A stretch of 17,349 nucleotides of DNA from Paraspadella gotoi (GCA_051294375.1 CM119270.1:14413616-14430964), one strand, 5' to 3'; counted from the stretch's first letter, positions 1 through 10,184 are shown. Program-made: numbers and translations. Notes: generated by a model from the letters alone, not told the origin.

Positions 1-177
1 CCACAGCGCCCATATATATCGCTCAAGCGGCGTTGTCTCGGGGAAAAGGGATGCCGATGAATGCTGCTGTCGCCGCCGCTGCTGTCTCTCGGCTGCTGCT
101 GCCGGTCCCTCGAAGACAACCTTAATGCGTCTGAGATGCGGAATGTGATGAAGTTCGAGATGATTCATGGAATTTTT

Positions 178-590
178 AGGAAAGAAGGGAAGGAAGAAGA
201 GAAGGAGGAAAGGAGGAAAGGAAAGAAGAAAAGGAAAAGGAAAGCGAGGAGGAACCCAAACGGACCCAAATGAAGCGGCCAAAGAATAAGCAAGGAAATA
301 CGATGGCGTGAATAGAAAAGGAAAGGAAAGGAGCCCGCGGAAAGAGAGCAAAGGGACGGTAAAAAGGAAAGGGACACGAAAGGCGCTTCGAAGACAGAAA
401 TCAAAGAAAGAAAGAGAAAAGGTTTGATGTTTTAAAATGCGGCTGTCCGAGTAAATAAAGGAGACAAAGAAAGGACAAAAAGAAAAAAAAGGAAGAAAAG
501 ATAAGTTAAAAGGTCGGGGGATAAAAGCCGCTTGCGGTAAAAGCGCGAATAGAGAAAAAAAGAAATGAACAACAATAAAAAGAAAAACTC
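178..590 (+). repeat. Polypurine (A/G-rich) low-complexity tract
   Basis: Runs of AAAG/GGAA/GAAA words with few pyrimidines. It accounts for the K/E/R-rich and F/L/S-rich ORFs at 61-273 and 165-404. Confidence 0.8.
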
Positions 591-835
591 AAATTTTATT
601 ACTTTTTCGTCGTTGTTTCTAATGTGTACATCACGTGTCGCTTGCTTAACTTACCAAACTATTTTGATAGTTTTCATTTAATTCTTTGATAATTTTTTTC
701 TTTCTTCAACCTTCGACCAAAACAAAGTAAATTTTCATTAAACTCACCCAATCTTTTACCCTTTCCTTTAGATTCCCTTCTCTCACCCTTCTCACCCCAT
801 CTGCTCCACTTCTCCACCCCTATCTTACCCTCTCT

Positions 836-1082
836 NNNNNNNNNNNNNNNNNNNNNNNNNNNNNNNNNNNNNNNNNNNNNNNNNNNNNNNNNNNNNNNNN
901 NNNNNNNNNNNNNNNNNNNNNNNNNNNNNNNNNNNNNNNNNNNNNNNNNNNNNNNNNNNNNNNNNNNNNNNNNNNNNNNNNNNNNNNNNNNNNNNNNNNN
1001 NNNNNNNNNNNNNNNNNNNNNNNNNNNNNNNNNNNNNNNNNNNNNNNNNNNNNNNNNNNNNNNNNNNNNNNNNNNNNNNNNN
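836..1082. other. Assembly gap (247 N)
   Basis: N run, preceded by tctct. Confidence 0.99.
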
Positions 1083-1624
1083 AAAAAAACGAATGCATAT
1101 TATGTATGATATTTTCTTTTAGAAAAGAATTAGGTCGACGGTGACGACGACATTGATGACGACAACGACAACTCTCTTTGTTCTTGAAACAAAGAGAATT
1201 TGTGTCTTTCATGTCCGCTCACGATTACCAGTGCCATTCGGCATTGTGAAGAAAGTTGATGATTATAAAAATTAAAACTAAAATACTAAAAAGGCTTTTA
1301 ATACGAATGATGGAAAAACAAATTGAAGAACATATACTGCTCCTTAGCTCAATATAAACTTTTTTTATAACTTCAACTTGAGTGAGAAAAACAAAGCAGA
1401 GAGACGAAGAGCAACGATTAGGAGATAGATATAGAAGGTCGAGAGGAAGCAGATATAGAGCAGAAAGAAAGCAGATAGAGAACATATAGAAAGCAAATAG
1501 CAGATTTTGGAAGGGAGATAGCATCCGATGAAAGTTCCGCCTTTATAAACGTTCCCTCGCCCTCCCGCGAATTTTTGGAATGAATACGAATGAGGAGTTT
1601 ATAATTTTATGATACAGTGTCTCT

Positions 1625-1802
1625 NNNNNNNNNNNNNNNNNNNNNNNNNNNNNNNNNNNNNNNNNNNNNNNNNNNNNNNNNNNNNNNNNNNNNNNNNNNN
1701 NNNNNNNNNNNNNNNNNNNNNNNNNNNNNNNNNNNNNNNNNNNNNNNNNNNNNNNNNNNNNNNNNNNNNNNNNNNNNNNNNNNNNNNNNNNNNNNNNNNN
1801 NN
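1625..1802. other. Assembly gap (178 N)
   Basis: N run, preceded by tctct. Confidence 0.99.
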
Positions 1803-2012
1803 ACGCGCTCTCCTCGTTGTGCACGTGCGTGCAAAGACGCGCCCGGGGACGCGAACGCGAACGCGGGCGTCGTGTCGGCGGCGAAGCGAACGCCTCGCCG
1901 ACCGCAAGCGTGTCCGGGGACCGCGGGGGACCGTCGCGGGCGCCCCAGGGACGCGCTAACGGGACGAGAGCTTGCGGGGAGTGGACTGGCTCGATCGCGA
2001 GGGAATTCGCAC
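1803..2012. other. GC/CpG-rich patch with internal short repeats
   Basis: Dense CG dinucleotides, AACGCG repeats and about five GGGAC(C)G words within an AT-rich background. Confidence 0.6.
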
Positions 2013-2899
2013 GGTGAAAAAAAAATATCCCACTTGCCGACCAAGTCACTTCGTTTCTTCTCCAGCAAATGGAGCTTGATGCAAGTCGAATCCGACCAAG
2101 GGCTGACCCTATGCCTTTAGGGCAGACCTAAATATATCATCTTCGACGCGAAAGTTAGACAAAAAATTACCTGTGACAATCAGTCACATGGCATTTCGAT
2201 TTATTACTTGAGGAGAAAATGAAATTCATTTGTTTACAAACAAAAGATTTTTGTTTCAAATAACGGACATGTTTCGAGTCTTCAGACTTAAAAGTCAAAC
2301 AATTACAATATAAACATGTTGGTGGGCGGATTCTGCGGTGAGGCTGCATCATCATCCACTCATCCACCGCCTCACCCTCTTATCCTCCTTTACACCAGGG
2401 ATTCAAAGGCACACCCATAACCCGTAGACCTGCGCACTGGTAAATCGTCTGGAATGAGAAAGAAAGAAAACGGAATACTTTAAAAAATATACGTAAATTA
2501 TTACAATAAGTTTTAATAATGTTAAACTCATTTCCCGTTGAGTAACTGCGTTGCATATTATTTTTCCCATGTGCAAAAATAAAGTTGCATTTTTCTTTTC
2601 GGCGGGTTTAGAAAACTCAAGTCGGTTGGAAACGACGTTGTTATGATGCCATCGCCGCCCACGCTTTGTGTCCCACACCCTGTAATCAGAAGCCACTTAG
2701 TCAAAGCCTCGTGAAGAGGGGAGATAGGGGAGATTTGTACGACGAAATAGTAAGATGCTTACTATTTATAAAAAGTAATAAAAACATTAATACCTTTTTT
2801 TACGAAAGATAAATGATTAGGAATTTTGGTAAGTTTAACTTCTTACCCTAAACCCTGACACGTTATTTTACTCCTGCCCCGAAACCTTACCACCGAACT

Positions 2900-3023
2900 N
2901 NNNNNNNNNNNNNNNNNNNNNNNNNNNNNNNNNNNNNNNNNNNNNNNNNNNNNNNNNNNNNNNNNNNNNNNNNNNNNNNNNNNNNNNNNNNNNNNNNNNN
3001 NNNNNNNNNNNNNNNNNNNNNNN
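2900..3023. other. Assembly gap (124 N)
   Basis: N run. Confidence 0.99.
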
Positions 3024-3123
3024 CGCCCCTGGGGCCGACTTCGACTCAGAAGCGGGAATCTCGGCTCCGACTTCGTTATGATGCCTCGTTAAGCCAAGCA
3101 AAAAAATATCATCAGTTCTCGCT

Positions 3124-3184
3124 GTCGTCGTCGTTGTTGTTGTCGTCGTCGTTTTCGACGTTACCGGCGTTGTTGTTGTTGTTG
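3124..3184. repeat. Compound (GTC)n/(GTT)n microsatellite
   Basis: gtcgtcgtcgttgttgttgtcgtcgtc ... gttgttgttgttgttg. Confidence 0.85.
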
Positions 3185-3531
3185 CTTTTTAGGAGTTGAG
3201 GTTAGAGAAAGTTTTTAACACGAAAATTATGTTTGGTTTAAAGAATATGTGAAAATATTAAATAGTAGGTTTGAATCTTAAAACATGTGTTACTCTCGGT
3301 GGGACAAAGGGGGGGCAGAGAGCGCAACGTCGGCCAGTCTAATGAGTCTTTGGTGCTCGGACGAGCTGGTGGTGAAGTTTCACGGGTCGTTTGGGCGGAG
3401 TGGTCAATGGTCATTGGTGTCAGGGTCTTGCAGGTCGAAGGGCCAAGACGTTTTACTGACTTTTATGCTTCAAAAGCAATAGAAAGTTAGAGGGAACGGA
3501 AAATGAAACCAAAAAAATATAACGTATAAAG

Positions 3532-3737
3532 AATAAAAGAGAGAAGACAAAAACAAAGGGAAAAGGGAAAAAGGAAAAAGGAAAAAAAAAGTGAAACAGA
3601 AAAAAGAAAGAAAGAGAGAAAATAGAGAAGTGACAATAAAAGAGAGAAGACAAAAACAAAGAGAAAAGGGAAAAAAGAAAAAGAAAAAAAAAGTGAAACG
3701 GAAAAAAAGAAAAAAAGAGAAAAAATAGAGAAATGAC
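3532..3737. repeat. Tandem duplication, 2 x 103 bp, A-rich
   Basis: Copies at 3532-3634 and 3635-3737. Both begin aataaaagagagaagacaaaaacaaag, contain gtgaaac and end aatagagaa(g/a)tgac. Confidence 0.92.
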
Positions 3738-3819
3738 AAGAAGGATGGGCGCCGAATTCCTTCGGTTAACACGAGGTCGCCATCGCCCATATCTTACGTC
3801 ATTCCATCTCGGGGCCTTT

Positions 3820-3840
3820 TCTCTCTCTCTCTCTCTCTCT
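3820..3840. repeat. (CT)n microsatellite running into gap
   Basis: Perfect CT repeat up to the N run. Confidence 0.95.
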
Positions 3841-3979
3841 NNNNNNNNNNNNNNNNNNNNNNNNNNNNNNNNNNNNNNNNNNNNNNNNNNNNNNNNNNNN
3901 NNNNNNNNNNNNNNNNNNNNNNNNNNNNNNNNNNNNNNNNNNNNNNNNNNNNNNNNNNNNNNNNNNNNNNNNNNNNNNN
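3841..3979. other. Assembly gap (139 N)
   Basis: N run. Confidence 0.99.
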
Positions 3980-4095
3980 TTCATCGGTGCAAAGGACATC
4001 CACTTTGTCATTGCATCCTCATTCGGGCGAAGCTGGGTCCTTGTTTTCAATTTACTTGTCACGGCATGGACATTCTGCGTAGTCTCAAATATTCA

Positions 4096-4145
4096 TCTCT
4101 CCTCTCTCTCCTCTCTCTCTCTCTCTTCTCTCTTCTCTTCTCTCT

Positions 4146-4192
<47 letters not shown>

Positions 4193-4200
4193 CCTCTCTC
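4096..4200. repeat. Imperfect (CT)n microsatellite
   Basis: About 105 nt of CT repeat with single-base interruptions. Confidence 0.95.
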
Positions 4201-4254
4201 ATTCTTTCCGCCTCTTCCGCAAATGTTATGCGGCAAACTCTGAGTTTTTTCCCT

Positions 4255-4335
4255 GTCGCTCGTCGCCGTCCTTTGTCGTCGTGTCATTCGTCGTCTTTCG
4301 TCGTCTTCGTCGCGTTCGTCCTCGTCGTCGGCGGC
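4255..4335. repeat. Degenerate (GTC)n microsatellite
   Basis: Repeated tcgtcgtc words. Confidence 0.75.
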
Positions 4336-4432
4336 GTTTTGTTTATCCTTCCTGGATCCTTAGCGTCGACGTCTAACGACTGATAATGTAGTCCGCGTCG
4401 AAAACCAAGGGAATTTTTTTCCTTGCGTCGTG

Positions 4433-4960
4433 AGGTGGAGGAGGGGCGAGGGGGAGAAGGGAAAGGAGGAAGGGAAAGTGGAAAGGTGAGAGGCGATGGA
4501 GGGAGGAGGAAAAAGGGAGGAAGAGTTGAAGAGAAATAGAAAGAAAAGTGGGAAAGAGGGAGGTTAGGGAGGAAGAAGAGTAAAGGAAGTAGAGAGAAGA
4601 AAGGGACGAAGGAGAAAGATGGAAAGGGACGGAAGGATGGATTATAAAAAAAGTAGGAGGGAGGAAAAAAGAGTTGGAAGGTGAAAGAGGAAAATTATCT
4701 AGGGTAGGATGGGAGGAAACTGGGTAAGAAGAGCGGTTGACGAAGGAAGGGTCGTAAATAATATTATGGCAGTTAGAAAGGATGAAGAAGAGAGGAAAGG
4801 GAGCAAAAGAGTGAGAACGAGGGGAAAGCTTAAACAAATACAGAGGAAGAATATAAAATGTGGAGGACTGGCAGTACGAGTTGGTGTGGATCGTGGAAAG
4901 CTTTTTAATCGAGCTGAAATGAGGGGGAGATAGAGAGTGAGTCAAATGAGAGAAGTAAAA
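4433..4960 (+). repeat. Long polypurine (GGA/GAA-rich) low-complexity tract
   Basis: About 500 nt dominated by G and A. It explains the S/P/F/L-rich 190 aa ORF on the minus strand. Confidence 0.85.
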
Positions 4961-5133
4961 CTAAAAGAAATTGTAAAAAATAAGGAAATCCAGCTCATAC
5001 GCATTTATATTGCAATATAGAAATTTTAGCGTTTGCTAGATTGTTCATAAAAAATAAATAGTCATCACAGAAATATGAATAGAGAGAAAACGAAATAAAA
5101 TAAGAGAGACAGAGGGAGCTCGTGAGACAGAGA

Positions 5134-5395
5134 NNNNNNNNNNNNNNNNNNNNNNNNNNNNNNNNNNNNNNNNNNNNNNNNNNNNNNNNNNNNNNNNNNN
5201 NNNNNNNNNNNNNNNNNNNNNNNNNNNNNNNNNNNNNNNNNNNNNNNNNNNNNNNNNNNNNNNNNNNNNNNNNNNNNNNNNNNNNNNNNNNNNNNNNNNN
5301 NNNNNNNNNNNNNNNNNNNNNNNNNNNNNNNNNNNNNNNNNNNNNNNNNNNNNNNNNNNNNNNNNNNNNNNNNNNNNNNNNNNNNNNNNNNNNNN
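5134..5395. other. Assembly gap (262 N)
   Basis: N run with GA repeat on both sides. Confidence 0.99.
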
Positions 5396-5686
5396 GAGAG
5401 AGAGAAACGAGTCAGACAAACAACGGCCAAACACGAGCTCGATGCGAATGGAGGCGTAGAAAAAAACCTTGAGATAATTTTTGCACATCGCGCGAATCTC
5501 TAGAAAATTGCAAATTTTTTAAGATTATTGTTCCGACTTAAACATTCCGTCCCCGCGACAGACGCCGTGGGCTGGAATTTTTTACCCAAATTGTTGAATC
5601 TCGCTGTTTAGAATCTTTTAAAAAACCCACCCTTAACCCTAAGTTGCCTAAGACTTACTTTTAAAAAAAAAATAACATTTAACTAC

Positions 5687-5869
5687 AACGAGGACGACGA
5701 AAACGACGACGACGACGACGGTATCGTCGGCTGCGGCGGCGTCAACGGCGGCAGCGGCGACAGCGGCGACGGCAGCATCAAAAGTGGCATGAAATATATT
5801 CCCAAATTAGTCATCGTCTTCCACGGAGGAACAACAACAACAGGAGGAGGAGGAGGAGGAGGAGGAGGA
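5687..5869. repeat. Compound trinucleotide microsatellite (GAC)n-(GGC/AGC)n ... (GGA)2(ACA)4(GGA)9
   Basis: Directly visible at 5687-5779 and 5825-5869. Confidence 0.88.
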
Positions 5870-6146
5870 CTCGGCGCTGGAAAAACTTGGCGAAAATTCT
5901 TTAACGATAAGTCATAAAAACTTGTGGGTGAGGCGGCGGAGGGTAGGGTAAGGCAAGGGAACGGGAGTTGGAGCAAGGGTGAGGAAAGTAGAGGGAAGAG
6001 AGAGGAAAGGTGCGTTTTATCGGAGAATTGGTGGGCTTATGACATAAACTAAGGTGAGTTCGCCTGATCGGAAAAGATGAAACTACGTTTATCCAAATTT
6101 AGAATTAGAACGCTGATTTCTGGCTTATTCATATAGAGAAAAACTA

Positions 6147-6179
6147 AGAGGGAGAGAGGGGGGGAGAGAGAGATAAAGC

Positions 6180-6210
<31 letters not shown>

Positions 6211-6229
6211 GGGGAGGGAGAGAGAGAGA
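6147..6229. repeat. Imperfect (GA)n microsatellite
   Basis: GA repeat with G-run interruptions. Confidence 0.93.
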
Positions 6230-6384
6230 GTCCCATAAACTTTGTCATCAACACGCCATCACGTCAGTCTCTCTCTTTCAAATTCTGTTTTTAAAAACCC
6301 GAATCGAGTTCCGCCCCAAACGCGACCAGGTGATGATTAAACGTCTAACGATGCAAATAAATCACAAATTTTGAGATTTTTTCT

Positions 6385-6646
6385 NNNNNNNNNNNNNNNN
6401 NNNNNNNNNNNNNNNNNNNNNNNNNNNNNNNNNNNNNNNNNNNNNNNNNNNNNNNNNNNNNNNNNNNNNNNNNNNNNNNNNNNNNNNNNNNNNNNNNNNN
6501 NNNNNNNNNNNNNNNNNNNNNNNNNNNNNNNNNNNNNNNNNNNNNNNNNNNNNNNNNNNNNNNNNNNNNNNNNNNNNNNNNNNNNNNNNNNNNNNNNNNN
6601 NNNNNNNNNNNNNNNNNNNNNNNNNNNNNNNNNNNNNNNNNNNNNN
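6385..6646. other. Assembly gap (262 N)
   Basis: N run. Confidence 0.99.
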
Positions 6647-6846
6647 ATCCTATTTTAACTAGAAACTAATGTATTATCAAAACTGCCACGCCCACAAACT
6701 GGAATCGAAGGCGCGTAAAGCGGGAAACGCGATCTCGCGAGAATTTCGCGCCAGAAGGAAAAAAAAATGTGATTAGCTCTTGTTTGTTGGCGTCGGGCCT
6801 GGAATCGCGGATTATGACAGGTGATGGGAGGAAGCTAATAGCGTAA

Positions 6847-6890
6847 GGGGGGGAGGAGGAGGAGGAGGAGGAGGAAGAGGAGGAGGAGAA
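6847..6890. repeat. (GGA)n microsatellite
   Basis: ggaggaggaggaggaggaggaggaagaggaggagga. Confidence 0.92.
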
Positions 6891-6988
6891 GGTTGACGGT
6901 AGTGCGAGGGAAGGAGTCCTAGAGGGCGGAATTTTTGCAAGTTTACTAATTTGTAGGGCAGAGTTAGTGGGAGTGGCCAGAGTGCAGG

Positions 6989-7027
6989 GTTCGAGCAGTT
7001 CGAGCAGTTCGAGCAGTTCGAGCAGTT
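6989..7027. repeat. Perfect 9-bp tandem repeat (GTTCGAGCA) x4.3
   Basis: Units at 6989, 6998, 7007 and 7016, followed by gtt. Confidence 0.95.
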
Positions 7028-7928
7028 TTAATAAATGAGAGACTGAAGGTGCACACGTTACTTTCAAGACGGGGATTTTTGAGAGGCTTTCACTGTTTAT
7101 TATATTTTGAGAAACAATTCCTTTCTTGACTCGATTTAAACTTCACGCTGAATACCGTGAGTTTGTTAACATAGTCCCTGGTAAAAGGGCGATTGATAGC
7201 GCGAGTGTAATATCTCAAGTGTAACGGTAAGTGACTGCGAATTTATCTGTATGATGTAATAGAAGCGAATCAGCTAATAAGGAAAAGATACTGAAAGAAA
7301 ACTGCGAGCGAAGAACTTGCGAACTTGAAAATTTGCAAAAAAGAAAGAAAAACTCGCTCACGTGAAAAGCAAAGTAGCAAAGTCTTCTTATTCCCCAAGA
7401 AACTAAACAAACTCCCTCGATTCCATAACAAACAAGTGGGAAGGAAATTTCCTAAACCTAAAACGCCACAGTGAAAACGGGGGGGGGGAAATTAGGTGAG
7501 TTCATGTTTGAACAATTTGCATAAGTTTGATTTAGAAATATAGAGTGGAGTTGCTCTTAATGAACGTAACAATTTTAAACGAAGTAATTAAGAAGTAACG
7601 GATGCATTAGTTGATCCACCGAGGATAATTAAAAAAAAGACATTGACCAGCGCTTTATGAAAAAAAACAACCCCAGATCACAACAGAGCGAACATCAGAA
7701 TCAAAAGAATAACGAAACAAAGGAAAAAAAAACAAAACAAAAGGAGTAAAACAAAAGCAAAGAACGAGTAATCAGAAGTCGAAAGAAGAATAATCGCACC
7801 AGAGTCAATCATCGACAAATAACGACCCCTGGATCTCCGCCCAATACAAACGCCTCTAAATAAAGACCCCCGGTTCCCTAACAAGCGTTTATTCACCTGC
7901 GGCACCGGAAACGCGAGACCGGAACTCG

Positions 7929-7960
7929 GGCGGCGCGGCGGCGTCGGCGGCGGCGGCGGC
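7929..7960. repeat. Imperfect (GGC)n microsatellite
   Basis: ggcggcgcggcggcgtcggcggcggcggcggc just before the gap. Confidence 0.85.
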
Positions 7961-7966
7961 ACCCCG

Positions 7967-8253
7967 NNNNNNNNNNNNNNNNNNNNNNNNNNNNNNNNNN
8001 NNNNNNNNNNNNNNNNNNNNNNNNNNNNNNNNNNNNNNNNNNNNNNNNNNNNNNNNNNNNNNNNNNNNNNNNNNNNNNNNNNNNNNNNNNNNNNNNNNNN
8101 NNNNNNNNNNNNNNNNNNNNNNNNNNNNNNNNNNNNNNNNNNNNNNNNNNNNNNNNNNNNNNNNNNNNNNNNNNNNNNNNNNNNNNNNNNNNNNNNNNNN
8201 NNNNNNNNNNNNNNNNNNNNNNNNNNNNNNNNNNNNNNNNNNNNNNNNNNNNN
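7967..8253. other. Assembly gap (287 N)
   Basis: N run, followed by (GA)n. Confidence 0.99.
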
Positions 8254-8867
8254 GAGAGAGAGAGATGAACGAATGGGTTTCCGAACAAAGGCTATTGTGA
8301 CTGTCAACATATCACGGTATTTAAGCGTCTGCAGTAGTACAGTATTCCAACAGTATTGTGGCAATGCAATATAATTGGTATAGCCAAAAGCCATGAGAAT
8401 TTAAGTTATTCCTGCTTCGATGGATTCGAATGCTGCGGTATTTTAATGTTGTGTCAATTAAATTGTATTTGCTTTGTCAGAGATCAAAGTTGACTTTAAT
8501 TGATGCAAAAAACTTGGAAAAAGAGTTTCCATGAATGTATTTGAGATGACATCCTATTTTTATCAAAGTAAATTGATTAAATAATTAAGGGGTAATTCTT
8601 ACCTCGTTTGCCAAAAAAAACAAACCGGCCTCTTCTGTTCAAGCCTCAAAAAAAGCTAAACACAAAATATTCCAAGATACTTATTTTTTTAAGGATTTAA
8701 GACGAAGCGAAAACGAGCGCAGAGGGATGAGAGAAAAAGGCCGTTTGCCTAATTTCGTTAATTACGTAATTAAGGAATAAAAAACAAAAACTCTAAAATT
8801 ACTTTTTTTTTCTCTTGGCCCTCGGCCTTAAAAAAAAAGAATCCCAAATTTTATAATTTTTCAGTCT

Positions 8868-8870
<3 letters not shown>

Positions 8871-8915
<45 letters not shown>
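8871..8915. repeat. Perfect (CT)22 microsatellite
   Basis: Uninterrupted CT repeat. Confidence 0.97.
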
Positions 8916-8917
<2 letters not shown>

Positions 8918-9241
8918 GGTACGCGACCTCCCTATTCTCATTTGCATATTGCAGCAAAATATTCTCGGGTACACTCACTTTCGCTATCGACGCCAGAAAA
9001 CAGAAGAGCAAATGTAAACAATGTTGCCCGGTTTGGTTAAAATGCTACGAAATGTCATCGGGAAGGCGAATTACGTCGTTTTTATTATATTTTTTTGATC
9101 AACTGTTTTCATTATAAACCGCAGATAAAAGCAAAGCCGAAAAACACTCTCGCTAAGTCTCTTTATCTTTTTTCACTTTAGATTCTAAACTCATCAGTTT
9201 TTCTTTTTAACGACAGAACGAGAAAATGTCGCTTTTCTTGT

Positions 9242-9246
<5 letters not shown>

Positions 9247-9279
<33 letters not shown>
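9247..9279. repeat. Perfect (AG)n microsatellite running into gap
   Basis: Uninterrupted AG repeat up to the N run. Confidence 0.97.
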
Positions 9280-9535
9280 NNNNNNNNNNNNNNNNNNNNN
9301 NNNNNNNNNNNNNNNNNNNNNNNNNNNNNNNNNNNNNNNNNNNNNNNNNNNNNNNNNNNNNNNNNNNNNNNNNNNNNNNNNNNNNNNNNNNNNNNNNNNN
9401 NNNNNNNNNNNNNNNNNNNNNNNNNNNNNNNNNNNNNNNNNNNNNNNNNNNNNNNNNNNNNNNNNNNNNNNNNNNNNNNNNNNNNNNNNNNNNNNNNNNN
9501 NNNNNNNNNNNNNNNNNNNNNNNNNNNNNNNNNNN
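9280..9535. other. Assembly gap (256 N)
   Basis: N run. Confidence 0.99.
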
Positions 9536-9647
9536 GTAACTTGATAAAAATAGTCGAAGTAAAAATAATTCCAAGTTTAATTGTAGATTGAAAATCGGTT
9601 TCACAGAATAGTTGTGAGTACGTCGCTATCACCATCACGCATTTCTC

Positions 9648-9681
9648 GTCATCATCATCGTCATCATCTTCATCGTCATCA
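9648..9681. repeat. Degenerate (CAT)n microsatellite
   Basis: gtcatcatcatcgtcatcatcttcatcgtcatc. It gives the poly-His in the ORF at 9614-9865. Confidence 0.8.
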
Positions 9682-9782
9682 AAGACATTATCATCTCAAT
9701 CTCATCACCGACTTCAAGATTTTAGTCCCAAGAAAAATTCCATCGTATGAAATCCACATACACCTCTTACGGCGTTTTAAAA

Positions 9783-9786
<4 letters not shown>

Positions 9787-9836
<50 letters not shown>
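9787..9836. repeat. Perfect (TC)25 microsatellite
   Basis: Uninterrupted TC repeat. Confidence 0.97.
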
Positions 9837-9838
<2 letters not shown>

Positions 9839-10184
9839 CCTCCCTACTTATCTCGAACTCCCTGAATCTTCCCTTGATGTCCCAGATGATTAGCCTAATT
9901 TCCTGGCAACTCGCGAATTAAAAGAAAAAAAATATAATTCACTGGAGAAAAGAAAAATTGCCGAGTTGCATCGTTGTCACCGAAGAAGACGACAACAACA
10001 ACGACAAACGAAAACAAAAAGAAAAAAGAAAAACTAAAAAAGGTTTTACTGTGAAAAAAAAATTGAAGCCTAATTTTATAATTTGCTTCTAAACAATCCG
10101 AATATTTATCAGTTAGAAGGTTTTTAGCTATGACAATCTGTCCTCCTATTTAACACTGTATCGGTGTATCACATTCTCTTCCAA

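Noticed and set aside
2628-3088. Shared word cgac...GTTATGATGCC(a)TCG at about 2640 and about 3076
   Set aside because: Only about 11-15 nt match and the similarity does not extend, which is too short to call a repeat or target-site duplication.
5830-5854. AACAACAACAAC-A-GGAGGAGGAGGA resembles the loop of the PacBio SMRTbell adapter
   Set aside because: The ATCTCTCTC and AAAAGAGAGAGAT stem arms are missing, GGA extends to 9 units, and the flanks are not reverse complements. A natural compound microsatellite explains it.
2846-7462. Telomere-like words (ccctaaaccct at about 2847, taaccctaa at about 5634, cctaaacctaaa at about 7451)
   Set aside because: One or two units only, of inconsistent type; expected by chance.
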